NCBI GenBank assembly: GCA_963666315.2
Contig: CAXXHG010000014.1
Location: forward strand, 1-64,000
Source of the DNA: Candidatus Binatia bacterium
Lineage (GTDB): Bacteria; Desulfobacterota; Binatia; Bin18
Direction of reading: 5' to 3'
DNA: 64,000 nucleotides
This document shows positions 8,281 through 18,304 of this stretch, in pieces; position 1 is the first letter of the stretch; each line of letters opens with the position of its first letter. The notes beneath the pieces were generated by a model. The model saw nothing but the letters and a program-made list of their open reading frames with translations. It was not told the DNA's origin and ran no database searches. Position numbers and translations under genes: made by a program.

Positions 8281-10575
8281 ATGACTGATTCATCTGATTC
8301 GTCCGAATCTGCCCGTTCTTCGCGGGTTTCCCCCCAAATCCTTATTTTCATATGCGGCTTGCTGTTGTGGACGCTCTGGCCGCGTACCCAGTTCTGGTCT
8401 TTTCTTGCGGCGTACGCTGTCGCCTGGCTTTTGCTCAACATCGCCCTGTACCGGACACACCGGCTGGTACTGCCACTCTCCGCATGGCAAGCCACCTTTG
8501 TTATTGCCCTGCTGCTTGCGGTCCCGCTTACTCAATTCGTCCACACGTTTGATCTTTTCCGGCGGGACGAGGGTCTGCGCGGAATACAGGAGCATATGAC
8601 TGATCGTTCCAAACTCGCATCGCTGCCCGCCGTCTTTCCTGCCGTTGCCTCTCACGACCGGCCGCAGCGTTTTTATATTTACGCCCCAGACGCCAAGCAG
8701 GTTACGCTGGGATTGAATACGCATATTTCGCTCCCGGCACAGCCGCTGGGACACGGCTTGTTCAGGGCAAACTATGACCCACGACGTGATGGATTCCCAT
8801 CAGATTCCGCAGCCTCTGTTCACATTGAGCTGAACGTTGATGGGCAGCATATCGAAAGACCGTTTGCCGTAGTCCAGCATCAAGCGCATCCGCGTTGGTT
8901 TGCGAGTGCGCCCCAACAAGGACTGGCAAGCACTGTTAGTGAAGAAACGGATGAACTATTCATCCTGTCCCGAACCGGGTTGAAACACCATATTCAAGTT
9001 GGAGACGCACCCACAGATACCGCGTTTTTCGACCAAGGCCGCCGTCTGGCGGTGACCCATCGCTATAGTTCAGCATTGTGGATTGTCGACGTTCATGCCG
9101 GCGAGGCTCTTTCTCAGATCCCGCTGTCTCCCTTTCAGGTTCGTGTGGTAACGAGCCCGGACGAGACTCGCCTTGCAGTTGCTATTGCCGGCCTGCGACC
9201 AGGCATTCAATTCCTCACGCTTCCGTCCGGACACCTAGAGGGATTTGTTCCGCTCGACTTTCCCCCGGATTGGACCGCTTTCGGACCTGACGCCAACACC
9301 CTGGTCATATCGAGCGCACAGACGCACGCGCTCTACACGCTTACACGCAGCCAGGAAACCCAGGCCTGGACACACGGTCAGCCGCTCCAGCTTGGCCGTC
9401 CAGTGGTGACGCTGGGCCGCGCTCTTGACGGCAAGCACATCTACCTTGCCACAACCGACTACCGACCCGACGGCAAAGAGCACCGCGGCAACCATTTTAT
9501 TCAAGATCAGATTCTGACTGTTGATATCCACCGCTGGGCCGTTGTGAGCCAGTTTCTCACCGCCCGACGCAGTGAGCGACAGACACGAGCTGGGAGTCTT
9601 AACCGTGGCGTCTCGCCCATGGGCATCATCGTTCGCCAAGACGGTGACCTGCTGATTGCTTTTGCCGGCACGGATGAAGTCTGGCAGCTAGAGCCCGACT
9701 TTCAAAAACCGCCGCCCATTATTGCGGGTACAGATCTCGATCTTATTGCCCCGCATGGCGTGGCCGACTTGGGCGCAGGCTATTGGGCAGTCTCTTCTCC
9801 GGCCGGTGGAGCCATGGCCGTGTATGATGCCTCCAATCAGATGGTTGCTTTCGAAGGTGTTGCACCGCCTGATGCTGAGCTAGCCACGGGAGATACAGAC
9901 TCTCTCAGTCGCTTGGCCTTACGCATTCGATCTGGAGAACGCGCGTTCTACGAGTCCACCCGGGCAGGCCTGGCCTGCCAGAGCTGCCATTTGCATTCCG
10001 GGACCGACTACAGCCCGCACGACATCGGTCAGCGCCCGCTCCTGCATACACTGACCGTGCGCGGAATCGCCGGAACTGCGCCGTATCTGAAAGACGCGAG
10101 CTTTCCGCGTATTCGCGATCTCAACGACCACCTCGCCCTCACCCTCTACCGTGGCTACGAACGCCTTGTGGAAGAACGCAATATCCTCTTGGAAAGCTAT
10201 GTGAAAAGCCTGCCGCGTGACGTGAACCCGATGTGGTTTGAAGAATCCAAACCTGAGCTTGGGCAAGCGGGTCTCCAGGTCTTTGTGAAAGCGCAGTGTG
10301 TCCGCTGTCACACCTTTCCGGCTTTTACGAATCTAAGCCAGCACCCCGTCCGGGCTGTGTTTCCAGACTATGGTGAAACACAATTGGCAACGAGTTTACT
10401 GGATACCCCCTCACTGCTCGGCATTCAGTCCGAGCCGCAGCTCCTCCAAGACGGACGGGCTCACGATCTGCAGGCGGTTCTCGATCAACACAACCCTTCC
10501 AATCGACATGGTGATACTGCCGTTCTCTCGGATGAAGAAAAGAAAGCGCTGATTTATTTCCTCAAGGCATTATAA
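8281..10575 (+). CDS. Membrane-anchored YVTN-type beta-propeller + di-haem cytochrome c (bCcP/MauG-like) protein
   Basis: Three N-terminal hydrophobic segments; propeller-like repeats (IQVGDAPTD, GVSPMGI); CQSCH and CVRCH haem motifs; DTPSLLG..QLLQDGRA.DL tail. Confidence 0.75.
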   Translation: MTDSSDSSESARSSRVSPQILIFICGLLLWTLWPRTQFWSFLAAYAVAWLLLNIALYRTHRLVLPLSAWQATFVIALLLAVPLTQFVHTFDLFRRDEGLRGIQEHMTDRSKLASLPAVFPAVASHDRPQRFYIYAPDAKQVTLGLNTHISLPAQPLGHGLFRANYDPRRDGFPSDSAASVHIELNVDGQHIERPFAVVQHQAHPRWFASAPQQGLASTVSEETDELFILSRTGLKHHIQVGDAPTDTAFFDQGRRLAVTHRYSSALWIVDVHAGEALSQIPLSPFQVRVVTSPDETRLAVAIAGLRPGIQFLTLPSGHLEGFVPLDFPPDWTAFGPDANTLVISSAQTHALYTLTRSQETQAWTHGQPLQLGRPVVTLGRALDGKHIYLATTDYRPDGKEHRGNHFIQDQILTVDIHRWAVVSQFLTARRSERQTRAGSLNRGVSPMGIIVRQDGDLLIAFAGTDEVWQLEPDFQKPPPIIAGTDLDLIAPHGVADLGAGYWAVSSPAGGAMAVYDASNQMVAFEGVAPPDAELATGDTDSLSRLALRIRSGERAFYESTRAGLACQSCHLHSGTDYSPHDIGQRPLLHTLTVRGIAGTAPYLKDASFPRIRDLNDHLALTLYRGYERLVEERNILLESYVKSLPRDVNPMWFEESKPELGQAGLQVFVKAQCVRCHTFPAFTNLSQHPVRAVFPDYGETQLATSLLDTPSLLGIQSEPQLLQDGRAHDLQAVLDQHNPSNRHGDTAVLSDEEKKALIYFLKAL

Positions 10576-10681
10576 TAAAGATGCCCACTTTGTCTGACAA
10601 GATCTGTTCACTTCTAGTTCCCTCGCCCCGTGGGAGAGGGCTAGGGTGAGGCTCTTTTTCGGCTCAGAAGAAACTCCAGCC

Positions 10682-11284
10682 ATGAACCAATCCACTGCTC
10701 AACAGCTCTCCAGAAGGATTTGTTTCACACTCGGGATCGTTCTCGCCGGGCTCTTTGCAGCAATTGCCGTTTTCATGCCCTACGCCGTGGCGCGTGAACT
10801 GTGGCTGATCCAAGCCACTGGCTACACCGCACTCGGCGCACTCTTTGTGGCACTGCTAACAACGCCGACACTGCGATTAGTTCGATATGCGACGGCAAAA
10901 AACCTCAACGTTGTTGTGTGGACTGCCTTTCGGCGCAGCTTTGGAATCAGCGCGGCTTGCTTCGCCAGTATGCATGCAGCCCTCACCCTAACGACCTATC
11001 TACAGGGCTCCTGGCCGTTCATCCTCACTGCTCCCTACCTCCGCGCCGGCCTGACCACGTTGACGATTCTGATTGTCCTGCTGCTGACTTCGTTTCCAAA
11101 GATCACTCGCCCGCTGCGCATTCACCTCTGGAAACAATTACACCGCCTGTCCTATATTGCAGCGCTTTTGCTTTTTCAGCACCTCATGCAATCGCCGTTC
11201 GCGTCTCGGCAACTGGTTATTATTCTTTTTGCGGGACTCGTTCTCTTCGGCTCGCTGCGGTTGCTGCCGGTGCGCAAGCAGTAG
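10682..11284 (+). CDS. MsrQ/YedZ-like ferric-reductase transmembrane haem b protein
   Basis: TGYTAL..L.TTP, RRSFGISA..FASMH, LLLTS, WKQLHRLSY..LL..H match the MsrQ pattern. Confidence 0.8.
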   Translation: MNQSTAQQLSRRICFTLGIVLAGLFAAIAVFMPYAVARELWLIQATGYTALGALFVALLTTPTLRLVRYATAKNLNVVVWTAFRRSFGISAACFASMHAALTLTTYLQGSWPFILTAPYLRAGLTTLTILIVLLLTSFPKITRPLRIHLWKQLHRLSYIAALLLFQHLMQSPFASRQLVIILFAGLVLFGSLRLLPVRKQ

Positions 11285-11297
11285 CCAACACCGTAGT

Positions 11298-11390
11298 CCC
11301 GTAGGTCGGGTTAGCGAAGTGTCCCCCGACACCCTGGCCTTGCTACCTCGCTCGCATCTCCCGGATTCGACTCCGTTGCATCCAGGCTAC
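11298..11390. repeat. GTAG-type REP pair (family B)
   Basis: cccgtaggtcgggttagcg..cccgacacc followed by an oppositely oriented ...tgcatccaggctac unit. Confidence 0.65.
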
Positions 11391-11431
11391 GATGTGGTGC
11401 TACAGTCCGCCATGTCTTGGAGAAACAGATA

Positions 11432-11560
11432 ATGGCTGCAGAAAGCATGCCCGCTTCGACCAACTGCAAAGGGGTCATGGTCTCCAGCACCTTCAAGACT
11501 TTAGAGCAGCACCGGGCCGCACTGATGAAGGCGCTCCAAAAGGAAGAACTCTTCGCCGTT
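11432..11560 (+). pseudogene. DUF4062-like N-terminal fragment
   Basis: GVMVSSTFKTLEQHRAALMKAL resembles the start of DUF4062 domains; the similarity then stops. Confidence 0.45.
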
Positions 11561-11671
11561 ACGTCGTTAGGCCCTTACTTTGCGGGCGGAGTTTGTTATG
11601 TCCGCACTGAGAACGGACGGACTTCCGACGGTACCGAGCTATTAATGTGGTCCATAAATTGGGGTAGCTGC

Positions 11672-12358
11672 ATGTCTCATCGCTATTACATTCTTCAAGA
11701 CCACCTCATTCACTTGCTCATCGCCTCGGTTGTGCTGTGGCTGGTCGGAGCACTGAGTATCCTCAGTGCTAGGGCGGAGGCCGGAGCGGGCCAGTCTAAG
11801 ACGAAAATAGCTGTCGAAATTGATGCGGACAGTGCCATCGGAAAGAAGGTGCTGAGCTATTTGGTTCGAGAGCTTGGCGAAATACCGGAGTTTGAAGTCG
11901 TTTCGTCGACTGAGAAGCCGGCCTATGTCTTCATGATGCTCGCAGTTCAAGAGACAGACAACAGCGACCAACCGGTCGGATATGCATTATCGACGCTCAT
12001 TGTGGAGCCCACATATTAACAGACTTATGTGCCGCTCGTTCGAACAGACGCAGACAAGGCGGCCATGGAGGCATCCGTGGTGCAGCTCCTGAGTGGCACC
12101 TATCATATCCTGTATCGTCTGCTTCACACCGGACCGCTAGAAAATCTAAAGTCGGCCTGTGAGGAAGTTGTCACCGACTTCCATGCGACGAGAATTAGGC
12201 TGCGACAGGAAGTCGCCAACGAACTACTGCGGAAACGGACGAAAGAAGCCCTACAGGTCGAGTTGCGTGAGCTGAAGGCTGTACGAGACCAACGACAGCT
12301 GCAGGTCAACGACACGGAAGAGCAGACAGAGCGGTATCGTAATCTGTGGCAGGACTGA
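11672..12358 (+). pseudogene. Secreted hypothetical protein interrupted by an in-frame TAA
   Basis: Signal peptide ..SILSARAEA; ORFs 11417-12019 and 12029-12358 share a frame and are separated by the stop at 12017-12019. Confidence 0.45.
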
Positions 12359-12408
12359 TGCCCAAGCCCGTATCTCTCGAAGCGTGGTCGCAACGTTATT
12401 ATCTTTAT

Positions 12409-12444
12409 CCCGTAGGTCGGATTAGCGGAGCGTAATCCGACACC
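12409..12444. repeat. GTAG-type REP (family B)
   Basis: cccgtaggtcggattagcggagcgtaatccgacacc palindrome. Confidence 0.75.
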
Positions 12445-12471
12445 ACAGGGCTGGAAAGGGAGAATTAGGCT

Positions 12472-13044
12472 CTACCAACGGTCGGCAAATTCGAGTGCGA
12501 CGGGTGTCACCGACAGGGACAGGCGGTCTAAGATATCCATCCCAAGCAGGAAGATTCCTGGTCTGGGGCTGACGGCGACGAGATGGTTCGAGAGTTCTGC
12601 AGAACCTAGGGTGAGTTTCGGCACGCGACCCACCCAACTCACGACGGTGCTGTTCACTCCGGTCATGAGCGTGTACTGCTCCGGCTGTATATCCAGGGCT
12701 TCCGCAAGAGCTTTATCAATAACGGTGATTTGCGCACCGGTATCAACCAACATTGAAACGTTGCGTGTCGCCCGCTCACTCTCGAAGGTCACATCAACAA
12801 ACTTGCGAGATGGGTCGCCGGCGCGGGTTTTGAGCGGGATGCTTCTATGCTGTGGGGGAGGCCCGGGTGCAAGCTGAAACGTCTTTACGCTGCCGGCCCG
12901 TGTGTCGGGGATCGTGGCGTTGGAGTAACGCCTGACGCCGTTCTCGTCGGTCCAGCTATAGATGTCAGCCTGAAGACCTGTCGGGCTGAGGACCAGAAAG
13001 AAGAAGGCCAGGAGTAGACAGCAAACACGCTTCGTCAAATGCAT
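12472..13044 (-). CDS. Secreted DUF4124 + retropepsin-like aspartyl protease
   Basis: Signal peptide, ADIYSWTDENGVRRYSN (DUF4124), catalytic LVDTGA, C-terminal LLGMDIL. Confidence 0.85.
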   Translation of the reverse strand: MHLTKRVCCLLLAFFFLVLSPTGLQADIYSWTDENGVRRYSNATIPDTRAGSVKTFQLAPGPPPQHRSIPLKTRAGDPSRKFVDVTFESERATRNVSMLVDTGAQITVIDKALAEALDIQPEQYTLMTGVNSTVVSWVGRVPKLTLGSAELSNHLVAVSPRPGIFLLGMDILDRLSLSVTPVALEFADRW

Positions 13045-13063
13045 CGTTATACCTTAGTTAATG

Positions 13064-13212
13064 CATCGGCAGCTGCCAAGGAAGGATTAGTAGGGAGCTT
13101 CCGGGGTCAGGTATAGGTACGGCTCTCCTCCGAAAGGTGGCGCCTTTACCAAAAGGCCGTCCCCGAAAACAGACCCATTAATCAAGTCTGGCCGTCTGAC
13201 TCCATTCCCCTC
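13064..13212 (-). mobile_element. Possible orphan IS110-family left non-coding end (no transposase)
   Basis: Minus strand reads ggggaatggagtcagacggccagact...ggcgccacct..ggagagcc...aagctccc...ctgccgATG, resembling IS110-type left ends as recalled; the ATG is followed at once by CAT TAA. Confidence 0.35.
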
Positions 13213-13314
13213 GAGACAAAGAACCTCCCTCCAGTCGGTAATGCCGCTGAGCACAACAAAACCATCTTGGCAGACTATATGAATATTTGTATACTTATAA
13301 AATGATTGGAGCAC

Positions 13315-13663
13315 TCAAACCAGTGGTCTGAATCAGGTTTAGTCGCCGCGACCTGCGGGCCATGCCGCTGCAGGTACGACGCGACATCGGCCAGGCGCTG
13401 TATGCTGCGCAGCGGGGCGAGACCGACCCAGCCACTAAGCCATTGAAAGGGTTTGGCGGCAGTCAGGCGGTGGAAATTTTTGAACGCTATCAGGCTGACG
13501 CCTATCGTGCGGTGTACACGGTGCAGTTTCGCGACTTGATTTATGTACTACATGTCTTTCAAAAGAAGTCGAGACGGGAAAGGCCGCACCGCAGAAAGAC
13601 CTCGCGTTAATAAAACGGCGGCTCAAGGACGCAGAACGAGACTACCGGGAAAGGCAGAACTAA
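13315..13663 (+). pseudogene. RelE/ParE (Gp49-like/HigB) toxin, inactivated
   Basis: LKPVV*I.., KPLKGFGG, YRAVYTV...IYVLHVFQKKS; TGA near the N-terminus and a frameshift before ..DLALIKRRLK. Confidence 0.8.
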
Positions 13664-13664
13664 C

Positions 13665-13994
13665 ATGACACACAAGAAAAAGCCCAGCGTAGAAGAGAGT
13701 AGCGGCAATGTCTTTACCGATCTCGGCTTGCCTCATCCAGACCAGGAACAGCTGAAGGCTCACTTGACGCTGCAAATCTATCGAACGATTACTGCGCGCG
13801 GTCTGACGCAAACACAGGCGGGAGAAATTCTGGGGCTCAAACAGCCGAATGTCTCTTTGTCGATGCGCAACCGCTCAGGATCGTTTTCCGTGGGGAAGCT
13901 CATGGGGCTGTTGACCAGGTTGGACCAGGATGTCCAGATTACGGTCCGGCCCGAGAAGCGTAGACAGGCGGAACTGTCTTTTGTGGTCAAATAA
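13665..13994 (+). CDS. XRE-family HTH antitoxin (HigA-like)
   Basis: ESSGNVFTDLGL, GLTQTQAGEILGLKQPNVS; directly after the toxin. Confidence 0.88.
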   Translation: MTHKKKPSVEESSGNVFTDLGLPHPDQEQLKAHLTLQIYRTITARGLTQTQAGEILGLKQPNVSLSMRNRSGSFSVGKLMGLLTRLDQDVQITVRPEKRRQAELSFVVK

Positions 13995-14098
13995 CGCAGG
14001 CAGCGCATTTTCAGCCCACTACGATTCCTTACTTTTTCTTTTCTCTGCTGGCAAGAACAGCTACATTACGAGACCAACGGAAAAGACAAGGAGCAAGC

Positions 14099-14536
14099 AT
14101 GCAACGCATCGAAGGCGGATGTCACTGCGGGAATATTCGGTATGAATTTTTGTGGCCGCTTGATGAGCCTGAAATTCCAGTTCGGGCGTGTACCTGTAGC
14201 TTTTGCCTGAAGCATGCAGGCACGTATACCTCGCATCCCGAGGCGGAACTCAACGCAACCCTTATCACTAAGACTCTCGTTCCCAAGTATCGCTTTGGGC
14301 ATGAAACTGCCGACTTCTATGTGTGTTCTCGCTGCGGCGTCGTAACATTTGTCGTGAGTCGGATCGATGAGCGTGATTACGCAGTCGTCAACGTTCATAC
14401 CTTTGAAAACATCGATCCCGCGAATTTCACATCTCGCACAACCAATTTTGACGGTGAGACACCAGAGAGCCGTCTCGATCGACGAAAACGGAACTGGACG
14501 CCGACGGTACGTATTACTGACTCCGGGAAAGAGTAG
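14099..14536 (+). CDS. GFA/CENP-V family Zn-binding protein
   Basis: GGCHCG..RY, CTCSFC.K, CSRCG motifs. Confidence 0.88.
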   Translation: MQRIEGGCHCGNIRYEFLWPLDEPEIPVRACTCSFCLKHAGTYTSHPEAELNATLITKTLVPKYRFGHETADFYVCSRCGVVTFVVSRIDERDYAVVNVHTFENIDPANFTSRTTNFDGETPESRLDRRKRNWTPTVRITDSGKE

Positions 14537-14632
14537 TTGACGCAAGCACCGCGCACGCTACTTTCAACAAGACAGTAGTCGCGACTCTCAATACGAGAGT
14601 AGTCGGTCCAGCACCACACAAAGGAGGCTTCC

Positions 14633-15211
14633 ATGCTGTTATATCTCGACAAAAAACGCGCTCCCAATCCGCGCAAGTTGCGCATCTATCTGGCGGAAAA
14701 AAAGCTGGATATTCCGATAAAAGAACTTGACCTGTATGCTGGGGAGCAAAAGACTCCGGAGTTTCTGGCGAAGAATCCGTTTGCCGGCGTCCCTATCCTG
14801 GAGCTGGATGACGGCACGGTGCTGATCGAGACTCTGCCGATTATGGAGTATCTGGAAGAACTCTACCCCGATCCGCCACTGGTCGGCACTGACCCCGTTA
14901 GCCGCGCCCTGGCCCGATCCTGGGAACGGCGGTGTGAGATCGGCGTGTATTTGACTGCGTCGCGCATGGTGCTGTCCAAAGGCGACGTATCCGACCAGGC
15001 ACGCAAAGTCCTGATGCATCGTTTGCCTTTGGTCAACGCTGGCCTTGAAGGCAAAGAATGGCTGGCCGGGAATTTTTCGATTGCCGATATCATGCTGTTT
15101 ATTGGCTTGGAGACCGCGCACCACGGCAAAACGTTTAGCCTTGATCCAGCCTGGACGAATCTGGTCCGTTGGTATGAGGCCATGAAGGCGCGGCCGAGTA
15201 CGTCGGCGTAG
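14633..15211 (+). CDS. Glutathione S-transferase
   Basis: APNPRK..I.L.EK, KNPFAGVPILELDDG..L.E, FSIADI. Confidence 0.9.
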   Translation: MLLYLDKKRAPNPRKLRIYLAEKKLDIPIKELDLYAGEQKTPEFLAKNPFAGVPILELDDGTVLIETLPIMEYLEELYPDPPLVGTDPVSRALARSWERRCEIGVYLTASRMVLSKGDVSDQARKVLMHRLPLVNAGLEGKEWLAGNFSIADIMLFIGLETAHHGKTFSLDPAWTNLVRWYEAMKARPSTSA

Positions 15212-15272
15212 GAAGTAAGAGCCCTTCATCCGCGTCCACTAAGGAGACGGAAACCTATCGCTTCTCTCTCTC

Positions 15273-16507
15273 ATGCCTTCCAGCTAGCCACCCAGCCGCT
15301 GCGCCGCGAAGGGATCCGAGGCTATGCCCTCTTCTTTGCGGCGCTCTATTTTGTTCAAGGCACAATCGATCTCTCGGCTGGCCTGGCCTACCTGCCCATT
15401 CAGTATCTGCTCAAAGAAAACCTCAGTCTGACTGCCGGCCAGGCGGGCTTTGTGTGGGCCATGATCGGATTGGGCTGGACGATTAAACCTGTGTACGGAC
15501 TCCTGTCCGATTTTCTCCCATTTGGCGGCTCGCGGCGCAAAGGCTATCTGGTGCTGATGAGTGTGCTGGGCATGGCAAGCTGGTTCGCCCTTGCCTTTGT
15601 CCCCCCTGCGTACACGACTGTCCTCATTCTTCTCATGGCCTGCTCGTTTACCCTGGCCTTTGCGGATGTCATGACCGATGCGCTCATGATCGAAACCGGC
15701 CGTCCGCTCGGTCTCACTGGCAGTTTCCAGGCCATTCAGTGGGCAGCAATGGGACTAGCGTTGACGCTGGCTCACCTTGGCGGAGGCTATCTCTCCGAAT
15801 ACGCCAGACCACAAACAGCCTTTTTCATCTGTGGCTTTTTTCCACTCGTGACCTTGCTGGCAACCGTCTTCTTTGTTCGTGAAACCACAGCTCCACGTAC
15901 GCAAGAGCGCTGGCATGAGACCGCGGCAGCGCTCGAGACCGCAGCAGCGCTCCGCACGGCAGCGCGATCAAGTCCGGTGTGGATCGTCGCGGGCTTTCTC
16001 TTTGTGTGGAATTTCAGTCCACTCTTCGGCGTCCCACTCTTTTACTATGAGCGGGATATTCTGCAGTTCTCGAAAATGTATATCGGCACCCTCGGTGCGC
16101 TCAGCAACGCGGCGGGTATGCTCGGTGCACTCATATTCTTTTTCTTCTTTCGTGATTATCAGCTGCGCCGTTTACTCTCCACCGCGGTCGCCCTAGGCGT
16201 CCTCTCAACTTTGAGTTTTCTCGGGCTTATCGGCTCATGGTCGGCCGTTCTCATTTTTTTCTGTTCCGGCCTGATTTCACAGATTACGCACCTGGCTATT
16301 CTGGATCTGGCCGCCCGTTCGTGTCCGGCACGAGTCGAAGGCACCGTGTTCGCATTACTGATGTCTGCCTTGAACGTAGGTCGGAGCGGGTCCAATGCGC
16401 TGGGCGGATGGCTATATGACCAAACCGGCTTTATCCCGCTGGTTCTAATCAGTGCGGCCTTCACCGCCCTGTGTTGGCTGCTTATCCCCTTTCTTCGTTC
16501 TGAGTAG
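15273..16507 (+). CDS. MFS transporter, BT1 (folate/biopterin) family; start uncertain
   Basis: YFVQG, PIQYLLKE, WTIKPVYGLLSD..P.GGSRRK.Y, FADVMTDAL, EGTVFALLMS; the frame extends upstream of the listed GTG, and the ATG at 15273 is out of frame. Confidence 0.8.
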
Positions 16508-16550
16508 GGGCGACCGGCCGGTCGCCCAGGCGAGGTCACCTCACCCCTAC
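16504..16550. repeat. GTAG-type REP-like palindrome between convergent genes
   Basis: gtaggggcgaccggccggtcgccc...cccctac; a similar unit lies at 40050-40097. Confidence 0.6.
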
Positions 16551-18082
16551 GAGGCAGACGGGCGTGGAGCATCGAAGATCTCATGTTGAAAGGCATCTGC
16601 CGCCCGCAGCACTGTTGCGTCATCGCCTTTGCGGCCAATCAACATCATACCTATGGGTAACCCATTCGACATACCACACGGGACATTCATGGCCGGATGT
16701 CCGGTTGCGTTAAACGGGCTGGTGTTGTTCACCATTTCAAACGCCCGCTGCACATACTCTTCCCGACTCATATCTGCAGGGGGAATCTTAGTTGCCTTGA
16801 GCGGTAGTGTGGGCATCACTAAGAGGTCACACTCCTTCAAAGCGGCATCGTAGGCCGCAGCCAGGGAACGGGATAAATTCTGGGCTTTGGCATAATAGCG
16901 TCCGTGGTAGCGCTCCTGCATATATTGGCCGGCCAACATGGTGAGCTTGACCGTCTCTGATAAATCGTCTGGTCGAGTCAGAAGACCGCGGGCCATGGCA
17001 TCGATCAAGCTTGTGGTGTAGTGGCCTTTCCAGTTCGTGCCCATGCCGTAGCCCTGCACCATCAGCATGGTTGCCCCCTCTTGGAATATGGCAAAGAGAA
17101 TATGCCGTCCGTCACGGTGCCATGGAATAGAAACCGTCTTGATCTGAGCGCCCAGCTTCTCAAACGCATAGGCGGATTGTTCTACACTCTCATCCACATC
17201 CGTCTCAGACAGACCTTCCCAACCAAAGCCTTCAGGGACAATCCCGAGGCGCAGACCTTCGATTTTTCCGGACAGGGCTTGTCTATACGCTTCGCCTTGC
17301 AAACCGGCCTGCTGACGCGGGTCGAGACCGTCCGGCCCGGCAATCACTTCTAGTAACAAAGCCACGTCAGCCACTGTGCGTGCCATGGGTCCGGCATGGT
17401 CTATGGTCAGTTCTATGGGAGCGATTCCGGTGTAGGGAACCAATCCGTAGGTTGGTTTAATGCCATAAATCCCACACCAGCAGCTCAGCATCCGGATCGA
17501 GCCGCCTTGGTCTCCGCCAATCGCCATAACGACCTTGCTCGCCGCAACAAGCGCCGCACTGCCGCTTGAGGAGCCACCGGCCATACGGCTTTGATCGTGT
17601 GGATTACGAACTGGGCCGGTATCGCTGGTGTGGCTACCGCCTGAGCTACAGAAATGCTCACACACCGCTTTTCCGAGAATGGTGCCACCGGCATCCAGGA
17701 TACGAGTGACAACGGTTGCATCGATCTCCGGGGTGTAGCCCTCTAACACACTGCTGCCGTTCATCATCGGCACCCCAGCTACGCAGACGTTATCCTTAAT
17801 CGCCAACGTTTTTCCGGCGAGTAGCCCTGATGACGCACCCGTGATTTCCGTTCGCCAATACCAGGCGTTGAACGGATTGTCTTCGGGTTGCGGGCGTAAG
17901 CCGGGCGTGCGCGGATACTTCACCGGCAGTGTGGGTTCGGTCAGCTCGTCAAGACGCGCGTACGATTCGAGAGTGCCACGCATCAGCCCTTGAAACGATT
18001 CAAGATCGCTTTCGTCCAGACTCAGTCCATATCCCTCAGCAATATCGGCGATCTCATCCAGTGTCGGTGATTGTAGTGGCAT
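16547..18082 (-). CDS. Amidase-signature family amidase
   Basis: AIKDN, AGGSSSGSAA, GGDQGGSIR, GIKPTYG. Confidence 0.93.
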   Translation of the reverse strand: MPLQSPTLDEIADIAEGYGLSLDESDLESFQGLMRGTLESYARLDELTEPTLPVKYPRTPGLRPQPEDNPFNAWYWRTEITGASSGLLAGKTLAIKDNVCVAGVPMMNGSSVLEGYTPEIDATVVTRILDAGGTILGKAVCEHFCSSGGSHTSDTGPVRNPHDQSRMAGGSSSGSAALVAASKVVMAIGGDQGGSIRMLSCWCGIYGIKPTYGLVPYTGIAPIELTIDHAGPMARTVADVALLLEVIAGPDGLDPRQQAGLQGEAYRQALSGKIEGLRLGIVPEGFGWEGLSETDVDESVEQSAYAFEKLGAQIKTVSIPWHRDGRHILFAIFQEGATMLMVQGYGMGTNWKGHYTTSLIDAMARGLLTRPDDLSETVKLTMLAGQYMQERYHGRYYAKAQNLSRSLAAAYDAALKECDLLVMPTLPLKATKIPPADMSREEYVQRAFEMVNNTSPFNATGHPAMNVPCGMSNGLPIGMMLIGRKGDDATVLRAADAFQHEIFDAPRPSAS

Positions 18083-18304
18083 ACTGTCCCCTTTTTTCTT
18101 GTATGGAAATCCGTTCACAGTCGGCCTTCCCAGCCGTGTATCCTCTCGTGTCTAGCGCACTCTCGGTGGCCGCGTCCAGACAGACAACGCCCTATCTCTC
18201 TGTCACCTGGCTGTATTTGGCTGCACTTGGATTCACCTTGCCAAGCAGCAGCAAACCAAGTAAGACGGTGCGCATCATATATACAGGCACACAGGAGGCA
18301 GGGC

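Noticed and set aside
13064-13212. c-di-GMP or lysine riboswitch, 6S RNA or group II intron end
   Set aside because: The conserved cores of these RNAs could not be matched; the segment is kept only as an IS110-like candidate.
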